The notes under the pieces: model-generated
Seen by the model: the letters and a program-made list of their open reading frames with translations, nothing else
What the model was told of the DNA's origin: nothing
Databases searched by the model: none
Assembly: GCA_963514005.1 (NCBI GenBank)
Contig: OY740798.1
Span: forward strand, 22,072,001-22,136,000
Direction of reading: 5' to 3'
Source of the DNA: Raja brachyura
Lineage: Eukaryota
Length of the DNA: 64,000 nucleotides
Part shown: positions 1-12,640 of the stretch, piece after piece
Layout of the letters: every line of letters begins with the position of its first letter
Position numbering within the stretch: position 1 is the first letter of the stretch
Made by a program: the position numbers and the translations under genes

Positions 1-924
1 AATGTGATGAAGACAGCAGAAATGAAATAATTCCGTTTCCAATCTTAATGTAAGTAAGTCGTCCAAGCTTCACTGCTGTATAGTAACATGCTCAAACGGC
101 ATGCTTTCTATACAGCTATCTTGGTCTTCTTGATTGTGATATTCCAGCTATCCTGTTGAACTGTATTATTCATATAGTGACTTCATCACCGTACATAGGT
201 GAATCATTTTGCAGAATTTACCTTTCATAAGTTGTCAAAGATGTAAATTATGTTTCAAATTTTGATATGAACAGCTTGCCGAATTTAGGAAGCTTCTCTG
301 TAACTCAGATATTATCATTTAAAAAACTCTCAAATGCCAGAAACAAACATATTCAAGGCGTGTTGACAATAAATGACTAACTTCATTTTTACATCATGGA
401 GGAAATACTGCTTGCAGAGTTCAATAATTTCCTCATAAAGCAAGTGCCTGCTTAGATTTAATCAGAACCGTGGTGAAATGGTCTTCTTGCTAGCCTTCTC
501 TCCATAGGTGTGAATCAAATTAGAATTGTGTGGGAAGCTCTTAAGACATTGATTATTTAACACAATTTCTGGTGACTCCCCAAGATACCAGCTATCCACT
601 AATAGTCAAAACACTTCAGTTTCCAATTATACCTACAATGATTGATAATGGCACTGCGAAGATCTACAGTATTTTGCAGTATATTTCTGCTTCCCATGCA
701 GCTAGCTCTATGACTTTAAGAACTCTTCAAAGAAATGCCATTCATGTACTTAAATTCAAAGAGGGAGAAAAAACATTCCAGGAACATGTTCTGAACCAAA
801 CCAATAGCTGAATGACATATTTCATTTCTTAATGTTAAATAGGCCTACAGTATGATGTTAATCCTAAACAAAAACAATGTTCATAACACAAATTTAAATG
901 TATGCAAACTGATGGATTACCTTT

Positions 925-1345
925 ATGGTCATAGAGTCAAACAGCATGTAAACAAGGCCTTTGCCGACCAAGATGCCCCATGTACACTAGTCTCACCTGC
1001 TCATTTTGCCCCATAGCCCTCTTAAGTTTTCCTATCCAAATGTATTTTATATGTTGTTAACCTGCCTCAACTACTCCCTTTGATAGCTCATTCCATAAAC
1101 CCACCACCCATTGTGGGAAAAAAGTTACTTCTTAAACTCCTATTACATCTTTCCCCTCCCATCTTAAACCTGTGTCATCTGGTTCTTGACTCGGTAAAAG
1201 ACTCTACCCATGCATCTCCCCAATCTATTCCTCTCATGATCTTATACACCTCTATTAGATCATCCTCCTACGCTCCAAGGAATAAAGTCCAGCCTGCCTC
1301 ACCTCTCCCTACAACTCAGGTCCTCAGGTCCTGGCAACATCCTCG
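925..1345 (-). mobile_element. CR1 (HER1-like) LINE 3' fragment, degenerate
   Basis: Reverse complement of CR1 3' UTR and ORF2 C-terminus (catagagtca...aggcc, caggtcctggcaacatcctcg). Confidence 0.7.
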
Positions 1346-1867
1346 GTTTGACTAAGAAACTTTTATCACAGTGAGATCTCATCTCTTGCCGTTTTTGCTG
1401 ATTTCATTGTCGTTATTTATTTATCTGATACGTTGGAGCTCCTCTCGGGCAGTGTGCCTGAAATTTTGTTGTATGTATTTACAATGACAATAAAGTGTAT
1501 TATTATTATTATTAATATTTCTAATTTCTTTCTGTAGGAAGTCTTATTTCTTAAAAATGCCATCAGAAGTTTCCTTTCTGCAGACGACCTCTGCTTCAAG
1601 CACAAGGAACTGCTCGAACAGTGCACAAAGTGCTGGAGTTCTGAGATGCAGAGGGATTTGAGTGTTCCACAGCATGATTGACAAAAGGCTGGTGTGTAGG
1701 TGAAGCAAATGACTAGGAAAATCAGCAATAAGGATAATCAGCCTGAAATGTCAGTTGCTTCTCGTCCTGTTCATGCTGCCTGACCTACTGAATGTATCCA
1801 GCTTTTTCTGATTTTGTTTCAGAATGTTTTTGTTTATTGCCAGGAGAATTGAATCCAAAAGTAGGGA

Positions 1868-2210
1868 GATGAACACAAGATCCTGGAGTAACTCAGCGGA
1901 ACAGGCAGCATCTCTGGAGAGAAGGAACGGGTGACGTTTCGGGATGTGACCTTTCTTCAGACTAGTCAGGGGAAAGCGAAACAAGAGATATAGACAGTGA
2001 TGTAGAGAGATATAGAACAAATTAATGAAAGATATGCAAAAAAGTAACAATGATAAAGGAAACAGGCCATTGGTAGCTGTTTGCTCGGTGAGAACAGGAA
2101 CCTGGTGTGACTTGGGTGGGGGAGGGATGGAGAGAGACGTAGTGCAGGGGTTACTTGAAGTTAGAATAATTAATATTCATACCCCTGGGTTGTAAGCTGC
2201 TCAAGCGATA
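1868..2210 (-). mobile_element. Penelope-like element 3' end / pseudo-LTR
   Basis: Reverse-complement homolog of 7215-7545; includes the end of GIY-YIG coding sequence and CTGAAGA..GAAACGTC motif at ~1933-1960. Confidence 0.8.
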
Positions 2211-2384
2211 GTTATGATAATTTGGAACTCACTTTTAATATTTTTAAAGGCAGAGATAATTTGATTCTGAATAAGCGGTGAAAAATTATTGTACTAAAAC
2301 AGGATTATGCAGCTATAATTAAAATAATTTCACCCTAGATCTTTTGCATAACAGGTTTGCATTGTATACTTGTACCAAGCACCT

Positions 2385-2995
2385 CCTCTTACCTCCTATA
2401 TTGTATCTGGTGTTCCTGATGTGGCCTCCTCTACATTAGCCAGACCAATTGTAGACTCGGCAACCTCTTTCGCCGAACACTTGTGCCAAGGCCTACTGGA
2501 TGTCCCAGTTGCTAACCATTTTAATTCCCTTTCCCATACTGATTTTCCTATACTGGGCCTCCTCCATTGCCAGAGTGAGGCCACACGCAAACTGGAGAAA
2601 CAGCAACTCATATTCCACTTGGACAGCTTGCAACCCAACCATATGAACATTGAAATGTCCAATTTTTGGTAACCTCTCACAACCCTCCCCCCTCCCCTTC
2701 CTCTGCACTTACACCTATTGCTCTCCTCCCCTCCCCGTACATTCCGTCTTCTAGCTTCACTATCTGCAACTCTTCAAACTGTCTGTCTCGCACTATTCTG
2801 CTCTAATCTCCTGCCTTTGTTCCAACCACGTGGCTCTCCTAAACTCCCCCTGCCTGTGTCCACCTATTACTTGCCATGCTTTGTCCTGCCTCTACATTCT
2901 ACCCCCCTCCCTCCACAATCAGTCTGAAGAAAGGTCCCGACCCAAAACACATCTTCACATTCTGCAGAGATGCTGCTTGAGTTACTCCTGTTGCT
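2385..2995 (+). mobile_element. Penelope-like element, degenerate GIY-YIG endonuclease region plus 3' end
   Basis: ORF 2370..2672 has FAEHL..HFNS..GLLHCQSEATRKLEKQQLIFHLDSLQPNHMN, homologous to 6869..7270. Confidence 0.85.
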
Positions 2996-3769
2996 TTGTA
3001 AACATTTATGTTGACATCTATCCCGATCGACAACCTTCATTAAAAATAGAAAATGATCCAGTTAAGAGTAGGAATAAAAGTTATAATGTGTGAGTTAAAG
3101 AACATCTTATTCCTTCATGGATCCTTAATGATCTTAAATTGATGGGTCCATGGAAAAAGCAGACTTCAGTAATCATTGTATAAACATACGATGTTCAGCT
3201 GAGAAGAATCGGATAGCTTAGCTTGAAGGAAAACCTCTCCAAACCTTTTCTCTGAAGATTTTTTTGTAATATAATTAACTGATTTTCTTGCTATTTACTA
3301 TTGACGAGATATACAGTTTATAACAGCCAGATAATTTAATTTGTGTGGATTTTTTACACTGTTTACTTCATAAATATATAAAAAACAGTGGAGAAAATTA
3401 TCACGAATTCTATTCACTTACCATTGATTCTTCCCCCTCTTGGGTACTGTCTGAAACTGACAGCATATCCTGTCACAGAACCACAGCCTGAAATACAACC
3501 TTTGGATCTATGATCCTATCCTAAACTTGAAATTTCTGCTGATATCACAAGGTTCTATCATGTGAATCAACTTATCAAAGGCTGTGTTTCTGTGCCAGTG
3601 ATGCTGGGTTTGTTTCAGACAGTGGTGGGAAGAGGTGGAATCAATGGCTAGTAGACAGAATTAGTGATGATTGACTCCACTAGTTTTACACAGTTAGTCA
3701 TCAATGTCAAAAATCCATGCAAATTCTAAAAGTCAGGTAGATAGCATAGCTCTATTGTTTCTTCGTACG

Positions 3770-4010
3770 TAAGAACATAAGAAATAGCACCAGGACATTT
3801 GGCCCCTTGAGCCTGCACCAGCATTTAAAAAAATCAATGATGATCTCCTTTCTGAATTATTTGTAGTCACATCCACCATCCCTCAATACCGCTCATATCC
3901 AGGAATGTATTAATCTCTGCGGAATATAGTTAATGACTGAATCTCCACCGTCCAATGTACAGAATTCTTAAAATTCACAATTCACTGAATGAAAAACTCT
4001 TAATCTGACT
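3770..4010 (-). mobile_element. Old CR1 3' fragment
   Basis: aagaacataagaaatag...ggccccttgagcctgc tail in reverse orientation. Confidence 0.6.
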
Positions 4011-4517
4011 CCGAAATCTATGTGACACATGTTGTGCATTGGCCCTAACAAGCTGCATGACGACATTTAAAACAAATGACATTTGTCCCTATTTTGGCTG
4101 TTTCACTAAAACGTCTACATCTGTAGAGTGGTGTACCCGGAAGGGGCGTCAAAGGACGAGAAGCAGAAGCGAAGGAGTGGAAACCAGGATACTGAACGAA
4201 AACAACGCCGAAAAGCCAAATAGCAGAACAGACGCAACGCCAAAAAGTCAAATAACCTAAAAGACGCAACGGCAACAAGCCAAATACACGACATCGAAAA
4301 GCCAAATAATGGACATGACGTCTCCGGGGACGGGATTTGTCCGAGACCTTGTCAGCGATTGGTCCAGACCTCGCGTCCATCACATCACTGGCCGGGGGAA
4401 ACGGGAGGGTGGGGGGGAGGGGGGGGATTATTAATTTTCCTTTGCCGCTTTTGGACTGCCAAAGATCATAGAGCGGATTATTTCTGTAAGCCCTGGTTTA
4501 CCACAGTGCTTAGGGTT

Positions 4518-4710
4518 NNNNNNNNNNNNNNNNNNNNNNNNNNNNNNNNNNNNNNNNNNNNNNNNNNNNNNNNNNNNNNNNNNNNNNNNNNNNNNNNNNN
4601 NNNNNNNNNNNNNNNNNNNNNNNNNNNNNNNNNNNNNNNNNNNNNNNNNNNNNNNNNNNNNNNNNNNNNNNNNNNNNNNNNNNNNNNNNNNNNNNNNNNN
4701 NNNNNNNNNN
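4518..4710. other. Assembly gap (193 N)
   Basis: Run of N. Confidence 1.
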
Positions 4711-4898
4711 TAGCTCCCTCGCTCTCTTGGCACTCCCGGAATCATTTGGCATTTTGCAAAGCCAACTGCATCTGCAGTTTCTTCCTATTGAAGAAGAACA
4801 CTGGCCTGAAACAACTCCGAATCCATTCCCTCCACTGATGCCACCTAGCCCGCTGTGTTCCTCCAGCCCTTTGTGTTTTTTATTTAAGTCTGAAATTG

Positions 4899-5110
4899 AA
4901 GATAGCACAAAAAGCTGGAGTAACTCAGCGGGACAGGCAGCATGTCTGGATAGCAGGAATGGGTAACGATTTGGGCAGAGACCCTTCTTCAGACAATCAC
5001 AAGTACTCTCACCAACAAGAGTTCAGTTCAGTCTGAAGAAGGGTCACCCATTCCTTCTCTCCAGAGTCGCTGCCTGTCCCGCTGAGTTACTCCAGCATTT
5101 TGTGTCTATT
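4899..5110. mobile_element. Fold-back pair of Penelope pseudo-LTR ends
   Basis: gctggagtaactcagcgggacaggcagc...cccttcttcagac / gtctgaagaaggg...gctgcctgtcccgctgagttactccagc are inverted arms. Confidence 0.85.
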
Positions 5111-5458
5111 CACAATTACTCTTTGTATCTCTGTGGAATATAGACCCCGTGGAGGCGTTGTATGGAATTATGTAACTGGTTTGGACTGGTGGTGGGATGG
5201 GAGAGGTGGAATGTCTGCTGTCCATATGCTTCCTGCAAGAGCAGTCAATTTACTGCCATTGCTTATGTATCTCCCGTAACCGATTCTTACCAAATCGCAA
5301 ATAGAAAACACAATTAAAGCTCCTTCTACCTCGTAAGGCTTTGGATTCAGATCCTAGGTACTCATTAAGTTTTTTTCGGCGTCGTGTCCGTTCGGCTATT
5401 TGGCTTTTTGCCGTTGTTTCCATTCGGTATCATGGCTTCCACTTCTTCGCTTTGGCTT

Positions 5459-6057
5459 CTTCTGCAGTTGTATAGGGCTCTGGTGAGACCACATCTGGAG
5501 TATTGTGTACAGTTTTGGTCTCCTAATTTGAGGAAGGACATCCTTGTGATTGAGGTAGTGCAGCGTAGGTTCACGAGATTGATCCCTGGGATGACGGGAC
5601 TGTCATATGAGCAAAGATTGAAAAGACTAGGCTTGTATTCACTGGTGTTTAGAAGGATGAGGTGGAATCTTATAGAAACATAAAATTCTAAAAAGTCTGG
5701 ACAAGCTAGATGCAGGAAAAATGTTCCCAATGTTGGGCGAGTCCAGAGCCAAAGGCCACAGTCTTAGAATAAAGGGGAGGTCATTTAAGACTGAGGTGAG
5801 AAAAAACTTTTTCACCCAGAGAGTTGTGAATTTATGGAATTCCCTGCCGCAGAGGGCAGTGGAGGCCAAGTCACTGCATGGATTTAAGAGAGAGTTAGAA
5901 AGAGCTCTAGGGGCTAGTGGAGTCAAGGGATATGGGGAGAAGGTAGGCACGGGTTATTGATATGGGACGATCAGCCTTGATCACAATGAATGGCGGTGCT
6001 GGCTCGAAGGGCCGAATGGCCTCCTCCTGCACCTATTTTCTTTGTTTCTATGTTTCT
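5459..6057 (+). mobile_element. Young 5'-truncated CR1 (HER1-like) LINE
   Basis: [36 protein letters not shown]2 C-terminal motifs; 3' UTR ending in tttctatg-type tail. Confidence 0.93.
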
Positions 6058-6079
6058 CATCGTCGATGCCCCGTCTGCA

Positions 6080-6385
6080 CACAGTGGAGTGGTGCAGCTC
6101 ACAGTGCCAGAGACCCAGGTTCGATCCTGATCTGAGGTATGCCAGTGTGAAGTGCGCACATTCGCTCTGTGACTGCATGGGTTTCCTCCAGGGGCTTAAT
6201 CACAAAGCCAAGCGGGTTGTTAGATTAAGTAAATTGGTCGCTATAAATTCCTCCAAGTGGTAGAATCTGGAGGGAGTTAATGAGAATGTGCAGTTAATGT
6301 AGGATTTGTGCAAATGTAGTGGTTGTTGGTCAATGTGGACTCAGTGGCCTGAAGGGCCTGTTTCTGTGTTGTATCTCTCTCGATG
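6080..6385 (+). mobile_element. tRNA-derived V-SINE (HE1-like), degenerate
   Basis: B box ggttcgatcc, V-domain-like core, CR1-type tail gaagggcctgtttctgtgttgtatctct. Confidence 0.8.
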
Positions 6386-6701
6386 ATTCGATGACTCAAG
6401 TGCTTTTGCAACCGAGTACGCTTCGGCACTATCTTAAATCTTGCATATATTTCGGTATCACCTGCAGATCGACATACCAAACTCCCAAAATCATTGTCCA
6501 GGACATAGATGGGCAACATTACTAGTAATGTGCTTCTTTAATGAATCCCATGTGTTAAATAAAACTTTTGGTTTGGGGATTTCTATCTCAGAATTTGAAA
6601 TTGCTACTGATACCATAGGATTCTGGCATGTAAAGTCATATGGTGTGAAGTACTTTCTGAAAGTCTTTCTTAAAGTTCAGAAACAATCACTAATCTCCAT
6701 C

Positions 6702-7578
6702 ACAATACATAATCCTCCAAAATATCCGCCACCTCCAACGGAATCCCACTACTAGCCACATTTTCCCATCTCCACCTCTTTCTACCTTCCGCAGAGCGTT
6801 CCCTCCGTACCTCCCTGGTTGACTCATCCTTTCCCACCCAAATCACCCCCTCCCCAGGTACCTTCCCCATGCGTAAAAGATGCAAAACCTGTTGCTATAC
6901 CTCCTCCCTCAACTCTGTCCAGGGACCCCGACAGTCCTTTCAGGTTAGGCAGTGGTTCACTTGCACCTCCTCCAACCTCATCTATTGTATCCGTTGTTCA
7001 AGATGTGGACTCTTATACATCGGCGATACCAAACGCAGACCGGGCGATCGTTTTGCGGAACACCTTCGCTCAGCCCGCCTGGACCTACCTGCTATCCCGA
7101 TTGCTGTACACTTTAATTCTCCTACCCAATCCTGCACTGACCTTGCTGTCCTCAATCTCCTCCATTGTCAGAGTAAGGCTAAACGCAAATTGGAGGAACA
7201 GCATCTCATATTTTGCTTGGGCAGCTTACAACCCAGTGGTATGAATATTGATTTCACTCACTTCAGGTAGCCCCGGCATTCCTCCTCTCTATCCCTCCCC
7301 CCCCCACCCAAGTCGTACTAGCTTCTCATTTTCACCCTACAAACAGATAACAATGCCCTGATTCCTTTTTTGCTTATCTTTCATTCATTGTTTTTTATCT
7401 CTTCACATCACCGTCTATATCTCTAATTTTCCTTATCCCTAACCAGTCTGAAGAAGGGTCTCGACCCGAAACATCACCCATTCCTTCTCTCCAGAGATGC
7501 TGCCTGTCCCGTTGAGTTACTCCAGCTTTTTGTGTCTATCTTCGGTTTACACCAACATCTGCAGTTCCTTCTTACACG
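6702..7578 (+). mobile_element. 5'-truncated Penelope-like retroelement with GIY-YIG endonuclease domain
   Basis: ORF 6869..7270: NLIYCIRCSRCGLLYIGDTKRR..RFAEHL..HFN..RKLEEQHLIF..LQPSGMN; flanked by probable TSD ctaatctccatc (6690-6701) / cttatctccatc (7579-7590). Confidence 0.9.
7445..7478 (+). ncRNA. Minimal hammerhead-ribozyme-like motif in Penelope pseudo-LTR
   Basis: CTGAAGA (7448-7454), stem II GGGTC-TC-GACCC, GAAAC, then ATC (GTC in the 1933-1960 copy); stem I is only ~2 bp. Confidence 0.5.
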
Positions 7579-8879
7579 CTTATCTCCATCCCTATCCTCA
7601 ATAAACCATGAGTAGATTTGTACAATAACATCTATTTTCTTGAAAGCTGAGTTATCAAAGATGTGACTAAAGATTGATTACCAATATAAAACCTGTGGCT
7701 AAAGCTAATGAGGTATTATGTAGTACGCTAGCACCATTCCGTATATGTATCAAAGGACCCTGCTTGAGCTAATAACACTATCAGACCTCATCTAGAGTAT
7801 TGTAATTGTGCTTGTTAATCATCCCCAAATTTTACTATTTCACTGTTGATAACTGTACCTTCAATTCCAAGGAACTGAATTCTATGCTGGTAATCTCTCT
7901 CTAAATATTTCCTTCTTTACCATGGATAGAAAATCAATTTCCTATCTCAAGTTTTTACTCATCTTCTCGAATAACTTATTGTTGTATGGTATGAAATATC
8001 TAATTTGATAGTAGTGCTTCTGTGAAGCAAAATGAGAGCTATGTTAAAAAGTACTGCCTTACACCTGCTTTACAGCTGCTTTACAGCTTTACGGAAATTT
8101 GCCCTTACAGAATTTGCAAACCGCATCCATAATTTGAGATATGGAATCAAATTTGCTCTAATTTCTGTAGGGAATAAACTAAATAAACACAAGCTACCAT
8201 TGAATGTGGTTTCATGACCTGGATTTAGTGCATTCCAGATGGTAGCAAGTCTGAGAAAAAATATCCCATATTTCTCCCTCAGTTCCTATGCTAGTCTTCC
8301 TAAATATATAACTTTATTGCAGTCTCAGTACATTAAAATAAAATGTCACATCGATGAAAGGCCTATAAAATACAACAAGTCACTGTTCTAATGTAGCTTA
8401 ATGGTTGTAAATTAACAGTGGGAAGATACTGCTCACAGACCATTTGAGATTTTTGATATTAGATATATGTTTTAAAATACTTTCTAAAGTTCACATGTAT
8501 AGATTTCAAATTTGAATTTGTGTTCATATGTTAAACCTTTGTGCCACTGTGGGAATCAGCAGCACAGTTGGAACAGTTGCTGTGCAGGATATTGTTTTTC
8601 AGCTATCTGTTCCTACACTTCACTCTCAGTTCCGCATTCTCATCAAAATCATTCCTGTACTGTCTCCTATTTCTGCCAAAGTTGAATGGAGGAGGTTTTA
8701 CAAGGGATGATTGATCTTTAGTGGCATATTAGTGTGGAAATAATTCCCAAACGCCCTTTAGATTCTAAAATCACCTGGGCAGCAGCAAATACTGTCATGT
8801 GCTTGCAATATTCATTGCTGAATTATACAGCACGATGGATACTGTATGCAGAATGCTAAATATAGTTACTGTAGAAAGG

Positions 8880-9350
8880 AATTTGGGCAGTTTGTTATTC
8901 TGAGGTTCCTGGTAATGTTGAGTCCAAAACCAAAGTTCCTCTGTGTGGCTTCACTCTGGCAACTGATGCAGCCCCGGACAGAACGGTCAGTATGGGAATA
9001 GTGAGTTGAAGTGATTATCAATCGGGACATACAATAGGCCTTGCCAGACCAAACATAGCTGTTCGACTTGGTCTCACTGAAATACATTATGGTGGCCTGA
9101 AATGGGGGGGGACTATGTGTAAACACAGCTGTAATTTCTACATGGTGAAACCAAAATGTGTAAAAATACCCTTGATTAAAATCTGACAATGTGCACTTTA
9201 ACCACATGTGAATTTTTTCCTATTACAAATCTCAAATTGTGGAGTACAGAGGAAAATAAATAAATGATGGGTCTTTGTCCCAAACATCATGGAGGGCACT
9301 GTACAGGAGCTCACATCAGGGACACCACATGCAGCAGATGAGCTCACAGG
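8880..9350 (-). mobile_element. Old Penelope-like GIY-YIG fragment interrupted by a Tc1 TIR
   Basis: SCQSEATQR peptide; similarity to 51570-51830; sequence continues across 9085-9301. Confidence 0.65.
9085..9301. mobile_element. Solo Tc1 terminal inverted repeat
   Basis: Reverse-complement homolog of 62941-63157; ends ...ggagggcactg; TA at 9083-9084 and 9302-9303. Confidence 0.9.
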
Positions 9351-11619
9351 AGACCACACCAGGCTAATTAAGTTCCCTGCATGACATGGCATAGGGTTAC
9401 ATTGGGTTCAAGTCACAACCCATCTTTCAAATGTTGTACTGCACAACATATGCTATCTACAATCAATGGCCTTGCTGTACGCAAAACGTTAAGACCATCA
9501 ATTGCTCAATAAGTATTATGAGTCAAACGCACAACATTATTGAGGCAAATGAGAAAATACAAAAACAGTCTGGTGAAGACATTGGGATCTAGATAACTGG
9601 TTCTAAAGAAGCAAAATTTATCAGGCATGGAAAGGACAAAAGCAGCATGAAACATGAACCCAGATTAAGGCCCCGTGACAATCGTCATTTCCCTTTGCAC
9701 AATATATTTTTTCTCAATTAATATTTCGTGGGATGGGATACCCATAATGCCCCAAAATCAAATAAATATTTTGCAAACTCTCATTGAAACTGCTGCTCAA
9801 TAATGGTTGATATTCCCTCTTTGATATCTGCTATCTAAAATATATGGAAATTAAAACAATCAACAAGATGGTAAAAAAAAAACAGTGCAATAGATTAAAC
9901 AAAGAAAGTCTGGTGGAACTCGTGGTATGACAGAAATAAAGATAAGAAAATATAATAACAAAGTAAGCAGAATGATGGACAAAGGAAAAAAAGAGAAAAT
10001 TAGGGTTTTACAAATTAAACATCAGAAAGATGCCCAGTGTATTTTAACAACCTATGTGTTACAAAAATAATGAATCCTAGCCCTGAAGGTCCAGCCTGAT
10101 TCAGAGTCCCCATTTCTTTATTTTGTCCTTTTTCTCTTAATCTACCTCCACATTGGACCTCACAAGATAATGTTTCTGCTCGGGCTCTTTGTACAGCTTT
10201 ACCTTTATTTGCTGAGAAATGCCTCATTCTGGAACCTAATTAGCTGTAGCAGTTTGAAAATGCTGCTGATTAAAGAGATTCCACAAAGCTGCCTCTCTCC
10301 AGGAACAGGACTGCGGGTCATCAGGGAGGGAATGGAATCCAACAAAGAAACAAGAACAGACAGCTGTACAATTGCCCAGGAGAGGCTGAGTTTGGACAAG
10401 TCAGCAAAACGCAGATTTGTTCAGATTCAATTGGAAGATATCTCACAGTCGAGTATTTTTGTAGATAATCTTTTAATTGGTTTTCATGCTCTAGAGCAAA
10501 GGAATTTGGTTACGGAACACTTCCTTGAATATTCAACAAAATGTTACGCTTTTCATTGCGATATACATAGATTTTAAACTTGCCCATTGCAACAACAAAA
10601 ATCTCAGTATGGTAACATGAAATTGTTGGAAATACAATTTGCCCTTAAAATAAATCTGTCAGACATAAAATACTTCAAAACATACTAAATACTTAATACT
10701 TGCATTGTGACATATTAATGTGAAAATTTCACCCATATGTAAAATGACTGAGTTGATATTTAAGAGGTAAAAGTCCTCATCTGCCTTGATGAAGCTACAG
10801 TTTCACTTCCTGATTGCTATCATGAGAGCCAATATAGGACATTTAATTTACAGACATGACTCAAGAAAGTAGCTAGGGTAGAAATGTCATTATCCCTCAA
10901 ATAATAGAAGATTACTTTACATATATTATTCCGGACATTTAAATGTCTATTACTTTCAAGGAAAAGAACTATAGCGGAATTTGAAGCGAGTGAAACAAAA
11001 GGTGCTTCGAGTGGCTGCATGAAATGCTGAATGAAAATATAATGGTTGCAATTTAATACAGCGCTCAGACGCAAACAGATGAGCCCATTATTTCTGTCAC
11101 CAGTTCAGTTCAATAGACAAAAGAAAATTAACAGTATTGCACTGTAAACTCCTCTTTCAAGCATTCAAATTACAATTCAAATTAAATTGTAAACTAATAT
11201 ATTCACTATTAAAATGAGATAGCTGGCACAGGCTACTATTAACACTCCCTGAATTTCAAGCTTTTGTTTCTGTTCAGTCAACAGGATTTTACACCGTTGT
11301 TTATGATATCATTGATAGCTCATTAAACCATGAACACATTTGATATGCTTTAAGGCACTAATCACATGGTGGTCATTAATTAAAGGTTAAAACCATTTAC
11401 CATCAGTTAAGGTTATGTAATGCTCAGTGACAAAATCGATTTTTAAAATGATTGCAGATTAGTAAAAAGATTCAGACACCTGATTCCATAGTGATCAGGA
11501 ACATGCATACTAAGGTGCAAAAACACTACTTCAGTAATTATCACGAACAACTTCCTCCCAAACAACAGAGTGGTAGAAGAGTTATTTACTCAACTATCTT
11601 CAAATGCTTCATGAATCAA

Positions 11620-12640
11620 ACTTCCAGTGTTTTCAAGAGAAGTTGATGCCTTATCTATAATCTTGCATGGTTCTCTCTTGTCAGGTACCATTCCTTTAGA
11701 TGGGAAAATTGCTCGTGCCACACTGAGCAATTTTCTGCGACTCGAAAGGTGAGAGACAGAATGCAGGGAATTACAGATCGGTTTGACTAACATCTGTTGT
11801 GGGGAACTTCCTAGAGTCTATAATTAAATATGCAGTGATGGGACACCTTGATAACTTGATCAGCGTTGGTTTCCGAAAGATAGGATATGACACGCAAACT
11901 TGATTAAATGATTGATGTGCTAAAAGTGGTTGACAGTGAGATGCCTTGAAATAATTACACATTTTATTTATGTGATCTTCCAGAAAGTATTCGATGGATT
12001 CCCACTGATGAAAAGGGAACTGAAACCAATTATATTGAACCGGTTTGAAAACAGGCTGAACAGCGTGAAAGCGAAAAGAGGATAAAGGGGTGGTACTCCA
12101 AACTGCAAGATATGGCCAATGATGGTTTGCAAGGATTCGCGTTACAATTCGCTATATTTTTAAAACAACTTAGGTGATGGGTGAGAATGTTACAAATTTG
12201 TCATAGATCTAAAGAATAGCTTTGGAAATAGTACATTTTGAAACATAACAAGGTGATGCAGCTTTATGGGAGTTTGTACTTGGAGTATTGCGTGTTCTAG
12301 TACTAAAAGTGAAATTTCCCTTTTGACTTAAAGGGCATCACTATATTTGACGAGGAATCATGATTTGAAAATCTAGACCAGGCATTTCAAGGGTAATATT
12401 ATGAAATATTTCCACATGCAAAGTCTGGTTCATATTTAGAATTATATTTTACAAAAGACAATTGATTTCAGCTGAATTCTGAATTGTAATTAATTTTAAT
12501 TAAGAGAGTTTAAGATATTTTAAAGATATTAGGAATATCAGAAAGATAAGCAAATTAATTAGGTCAAAATTTAGCCCTGTACTATTCAACAATGGAGCAT
12601 GTTGAGGAGTTATATGAATGATCTACTCCCATTCCTCTGT
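11620..12640 (+). mobile_element. Old CR1 RT and 3' fragments
   Basis: Degenerate matches to CR1 ORF2 (ttgactaacatctgttgtggggaacttcctagag, ttggagtattgcg) and 3' UTR. Confidence 0.65.

Larger units (their letters stand above)
4140..6075. mobile_element. Putative non-autonomous TIR (fold-back-like) DNA element with repetitive arms, interrupted by an assembly gap, Penelope fragments and a CR1
   Basis: 4159-4250 is the inverted homolog of 5367-5460; 4140-4160 matches the reverse complement of 6056-6075 beyond the CR1; degenerate ~32-bp subrepeats caacgccgaaaagccaaata. Confidence 0.55.

Noticed and set aside
4200-4320. CRISPR-like repeat array
   Set aside because: Degenerate tandem units without unique spacers, eukaryotic context, no cas genes.
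4510-4517. Telomeric repeat at the gap edge
   Set aside because: Only one TTAGGG unit is visible; cannot be supported without the gap sequence.
6869-7270. GIY-YIG ORF as a host nuclease or homing endonuclease gene
   Set aside because: Several decayed copies in the window, pseudo-LTR tail and TSD identify it as a Penelope-like retroelement.
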